Below the pieces are notes generated by a model. That model made no database searches and was not told the DNA's origin. It saw nothing but the letters and a program-made list of their open reading frames with translations. A program made the translations under genes and the position numbers. From Escherichia coli (lineage in GTDB: Bacteria; Pseudomonadota; Gammaproteobacteria; Enterobacterales; Enterobacteriaceae), in NCBI RefSeq assembly GCF_036507355.1, contig NZ_AP027877.1: DNA of 64,000 bases. The stretch is one strand, 5' to 3'. Every line of letters starts with the position of its first letter. Within the stretch, counting starts at the first letter, position 1. Of this stretch, positions 61,870 through 64,000 are shown one piece after another.

Positions 61870-63681
61870 ATGAATCCACAATTGTTACGCGTAACAAATC
61901 GAATCATTGAACGTTCGCGCGAGACTCGCTCTGCTTATCTCGCCCGGATAGAACAAGCGAAAACGTCGACCGTTCATCGTTCGCAGTTGGCATGCGGTAA
62001 CCTGGCACACGGTTTCGCTGCCTGCCAGCCAGAAGACAAAGCCTCTTTGAAAAGCATGTTGCGTAACAATATCGCCATCATCACCTCCTATAACGACATG
62101 CTCTCCGCGCACCAGCCTTATGAACACTATCCAGAAATCATTCGTAAAGCCCTGCATGAAGCGAATGCGGTTGGTCAGGTTGCGGGTGGTGTTCCGGCGA
62201 TGTGTGATGGTGTCACCCAGGGGCAGGATGGAATGGAATTGTCGCTGCTAAGCCGCGAAGTGATAGCGATGTCTGCGGCGGTCGGGCTGTCCCATAACAT
62301 GTTTGATGGTGCTCTGTTCCTCGGGGTGTGCGACAAGATTGTCCCGGGTCTGACGATGGCAGCCCTGTCGTTTGGTCATTTGCCTGCGGTGTTTGTGCCG
62401 TCTGGACCGATGGCAAGCGGTTTGCCAAATAAAGAAAAAGTGCGTATTCGCCAGCTTTATGCCGAAGGTAAAGTGGACCGCATGGCCTTACTGGAGTCAG
62501 AAGCCGCGTCTTACCATGCGCCGGGAACATGTACTTTCTACGGTACTGCCAACACCAACCAGATGGTGGTGGAGTTTATGGGGATGCAGTTGCCAGGCTC
62601 TTCTTTTGTTCATCCGGATTCTCCGCTGCGCGATGCTTTGACCGCTGCCGCTGCGCGTCAGGTTACACGCATGACCGGTAATGGTAATGAATGGATGCCG
62701 ATCGGTAAGATGATCGATGAGAAAGTGGTGGTGAACGGTATCGTTGCACTGCTGGCGACCGGTGGTTCCACTAACCACACCATGCACCTGGTGGCGATGG
62801 CGCGCGCGGCCGGTATTCAGATTAACTGGGATGACTTCTCTGACCTTTCTGATGTTGTACCGCTGATGGCACGTCTCTACCCGAACGGTCCGGCCGATAT
62901 TAACCACTTCCAGGCGGCAGGTGGCGTACCGGTTCTGGTGCGTGAACTGCTCAAAGCAGGCCTGCTGCATGAAGATGTCAATACGGTGGCAGGCTTTGGT
63001 CTGTCTCGTTATACCCTTGAACCATGGCTGAATAATGGTGAACTGGACTGGCGGGAAGGAGCGGAAAAATCACTCGACAGCAATGTGATCGCTTCCTTCG
63101 AACAACCTTTCTCTCATCATGGTGGGACAAAAGTGTTAAGCGGTAACCTGGGCCGTGCGGTTATGAAAACCTCTGCCGTGCCGGTTGAGAACCAGGTGAT
63201 TGAAGCGCCAGCGGTTGTTTTTGAAAGCCAGCATGACGTTATGCCGGCCTTTGAAGCGGGTTTGCTGGACCGCGATTGTGTCGTTGTTGTCCGTCATCAG
63301 GGGCCAAAAGCGAACGGAATGCCAGAATTACATAAACTCATGCCGCCACTTGGTGTATTATTGGACCGGTGTTTCAAAATTGCGTTAGTTACCGATGGAC
63401 GACTCTCCGGCGCTTCAGGTAAAGTGCCGTCAGCTATCCACGTAACACCAGAAGCCTACGATGGCGGGCTGCTGGCAAAAGTGCGCGACGGGGACATCAT
63501 TCGTGTGAATGGACAGACAGGCGAACTGACGCTGCTGGTAGACGAAGCGGAACTGGCTGCTCGCGAACCGCACATTCCTGACCTGAGCGCGTCACGCGTG
63601 GGAACAGGACGTGAATTATTCAGCGCCTTGCGTGAAAAACTGTCCGGTGCCGAACAGGGCGCAACCTGTATCACTTTTTAA
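61870..63681 (+). CDS. edd: Phosphogluconate dehydratase
   Basis: 603 aa; ILVD/EDD-family dehydratase. Confidence 0.95.
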   Translation: MNPQLLRVTNRIIERSRETRSAYLARIEQAKTSTVHRSQLACGNLAHGFAACQPEDKASLKSMLRNNIAIITSYNDMLSAHQPYEHYPEIIRKALHEANAVGQVAGGVPAMCDGVTQGQDGMELSLLSREVIAMSAAVGLSHNMFDGALFLGVCDKIVPGLTMAALSFGHLPAVFVPSGPMASGLPNKEKVRIRQLYAEGKVDRMALLESEAASYHAPGTCTFYGTANTNQMVVEFMGMQLPGSSFVHPDSPLRDALTAAAARQVTRMTGNGNEWMPIGKMIDEKVVVNGIVALLATGGSTNHTMHLVAMARAAGIQINWDDFSDLSDVVPLMARLYPNGPADINHFQAAGGVPVLVRELLKAGLLHEDVNTVAGFGLSRYTLEPWLNNGELDWREGAEKSLDSNVIASFEQPFSHHGGTKVLSGNLGRAVMKTSAVPVENQVIEAPAVVFESQHDVMPAFEAGLLDRDCVVVVRHQGPKANGMPELHKLMPPLGVLLDRCFKIALVTDGRLSGASGKVPSAIHVTPEAYDGGLLAKVRDGDIIRVNGQTGELTLLVDEAELAAREPHIPDLSASRVGTGRELFSALREKLSGAEQGATCITF

Positions 63682-63716
63682 GACGACAAATTTGTAATCA
63701 GGCGAGAGAAAACTCT

Positions 63717-64000
63717 GATGAAAAACTGGAAAACAAGTGCAGAATCAATCCTGACCACCGGCCCGGTTGTACCGGTTATCGTGGTAAAAAAACTGGAACA
63801 CGCGGTGCCGATGGCAAAAGCGTTGGTTGCTGGTGGGGTGCGCGTTCTGGAAGTGACTCTGCGTACCGAGTGTGCAGTTGACGCTATCCGTGCTATCGCC
63901 AAAGAAGTGCCTGAAGCGATTGTGGGTGCCGGTACGGTGCTGAATCCACAGCAGCTGGCAGAAGTCACTGAAGCGGGTGCACAGTTCGCAATTAGCCCGG
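63717..64000 (+). CDS. eda: KHG/KDPG aldolase, 5' part; continues beyond the window end
   Basis: Hand translation [51 protein letters not shown]...; no stop before the window end. Confidence 0.9.

Overview
This window reads as an Escherichia coli-type chromosomal segment, in reverse orientation to the K-12 map, running from a mobile element at the left through leuZ'-yecA-tyrP-ftnA-ftnB-araFGH-otsBA-uspC, argS, torYZ, cmoAB, aspS, ruvCAB, znuABC, pykA, hexR, zwf and edd to the start of eda. All identifications rest on reading the supplied translations and hand-translating selected stretches; no database search or computation was run. Two things depart from the K-12 arrangement. (1) Positions 1-19945 are the right-hand ~20 kb of an integrated element whose right boundary is a 56-nt copy of the 3' part of tRNA-Leu immediately upstream of yecA. 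Its minus-strand mobility module is a tyrosine integrase, an Xis-like HTH protein, a 212-aa unknown ORF and a family-B DNA polymerase with piPolB-type motifs that runs off the window start, so I call it a pipolin-like element. Its plus-strand cargo is a defense island: a translationally coupled Type I R-M operon hsdM-hsdS-[YecA/SEC-C paralog]-hsdR-[DUF45/M48 metallopeptidase], then a DUF262/DUF1524 GmrSD-like protein, a 375-aa PD-(D/E)XK-like hypothetical and a Zn-ribbon protein with an Mrr catalytic domain. Between integrase and hsdM sit two AT-rich ORFs (376 and 411 aa) with no motif I can recognise. The best candidates for an undescribed system are the YecA-like gene embedded in the hsd operon, the two AT-rich ORFs, and the PD-(D/E)XK-like/Mrr-like pair. 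(2) A deletion junction near 32970 fuses the 5' part of flhD to the 3' ~170 codons of flhA, removing the flhC-mot-che-flhB block present in K-12. I found no CRISPR array, rRNA, intact tRNA or IS element.
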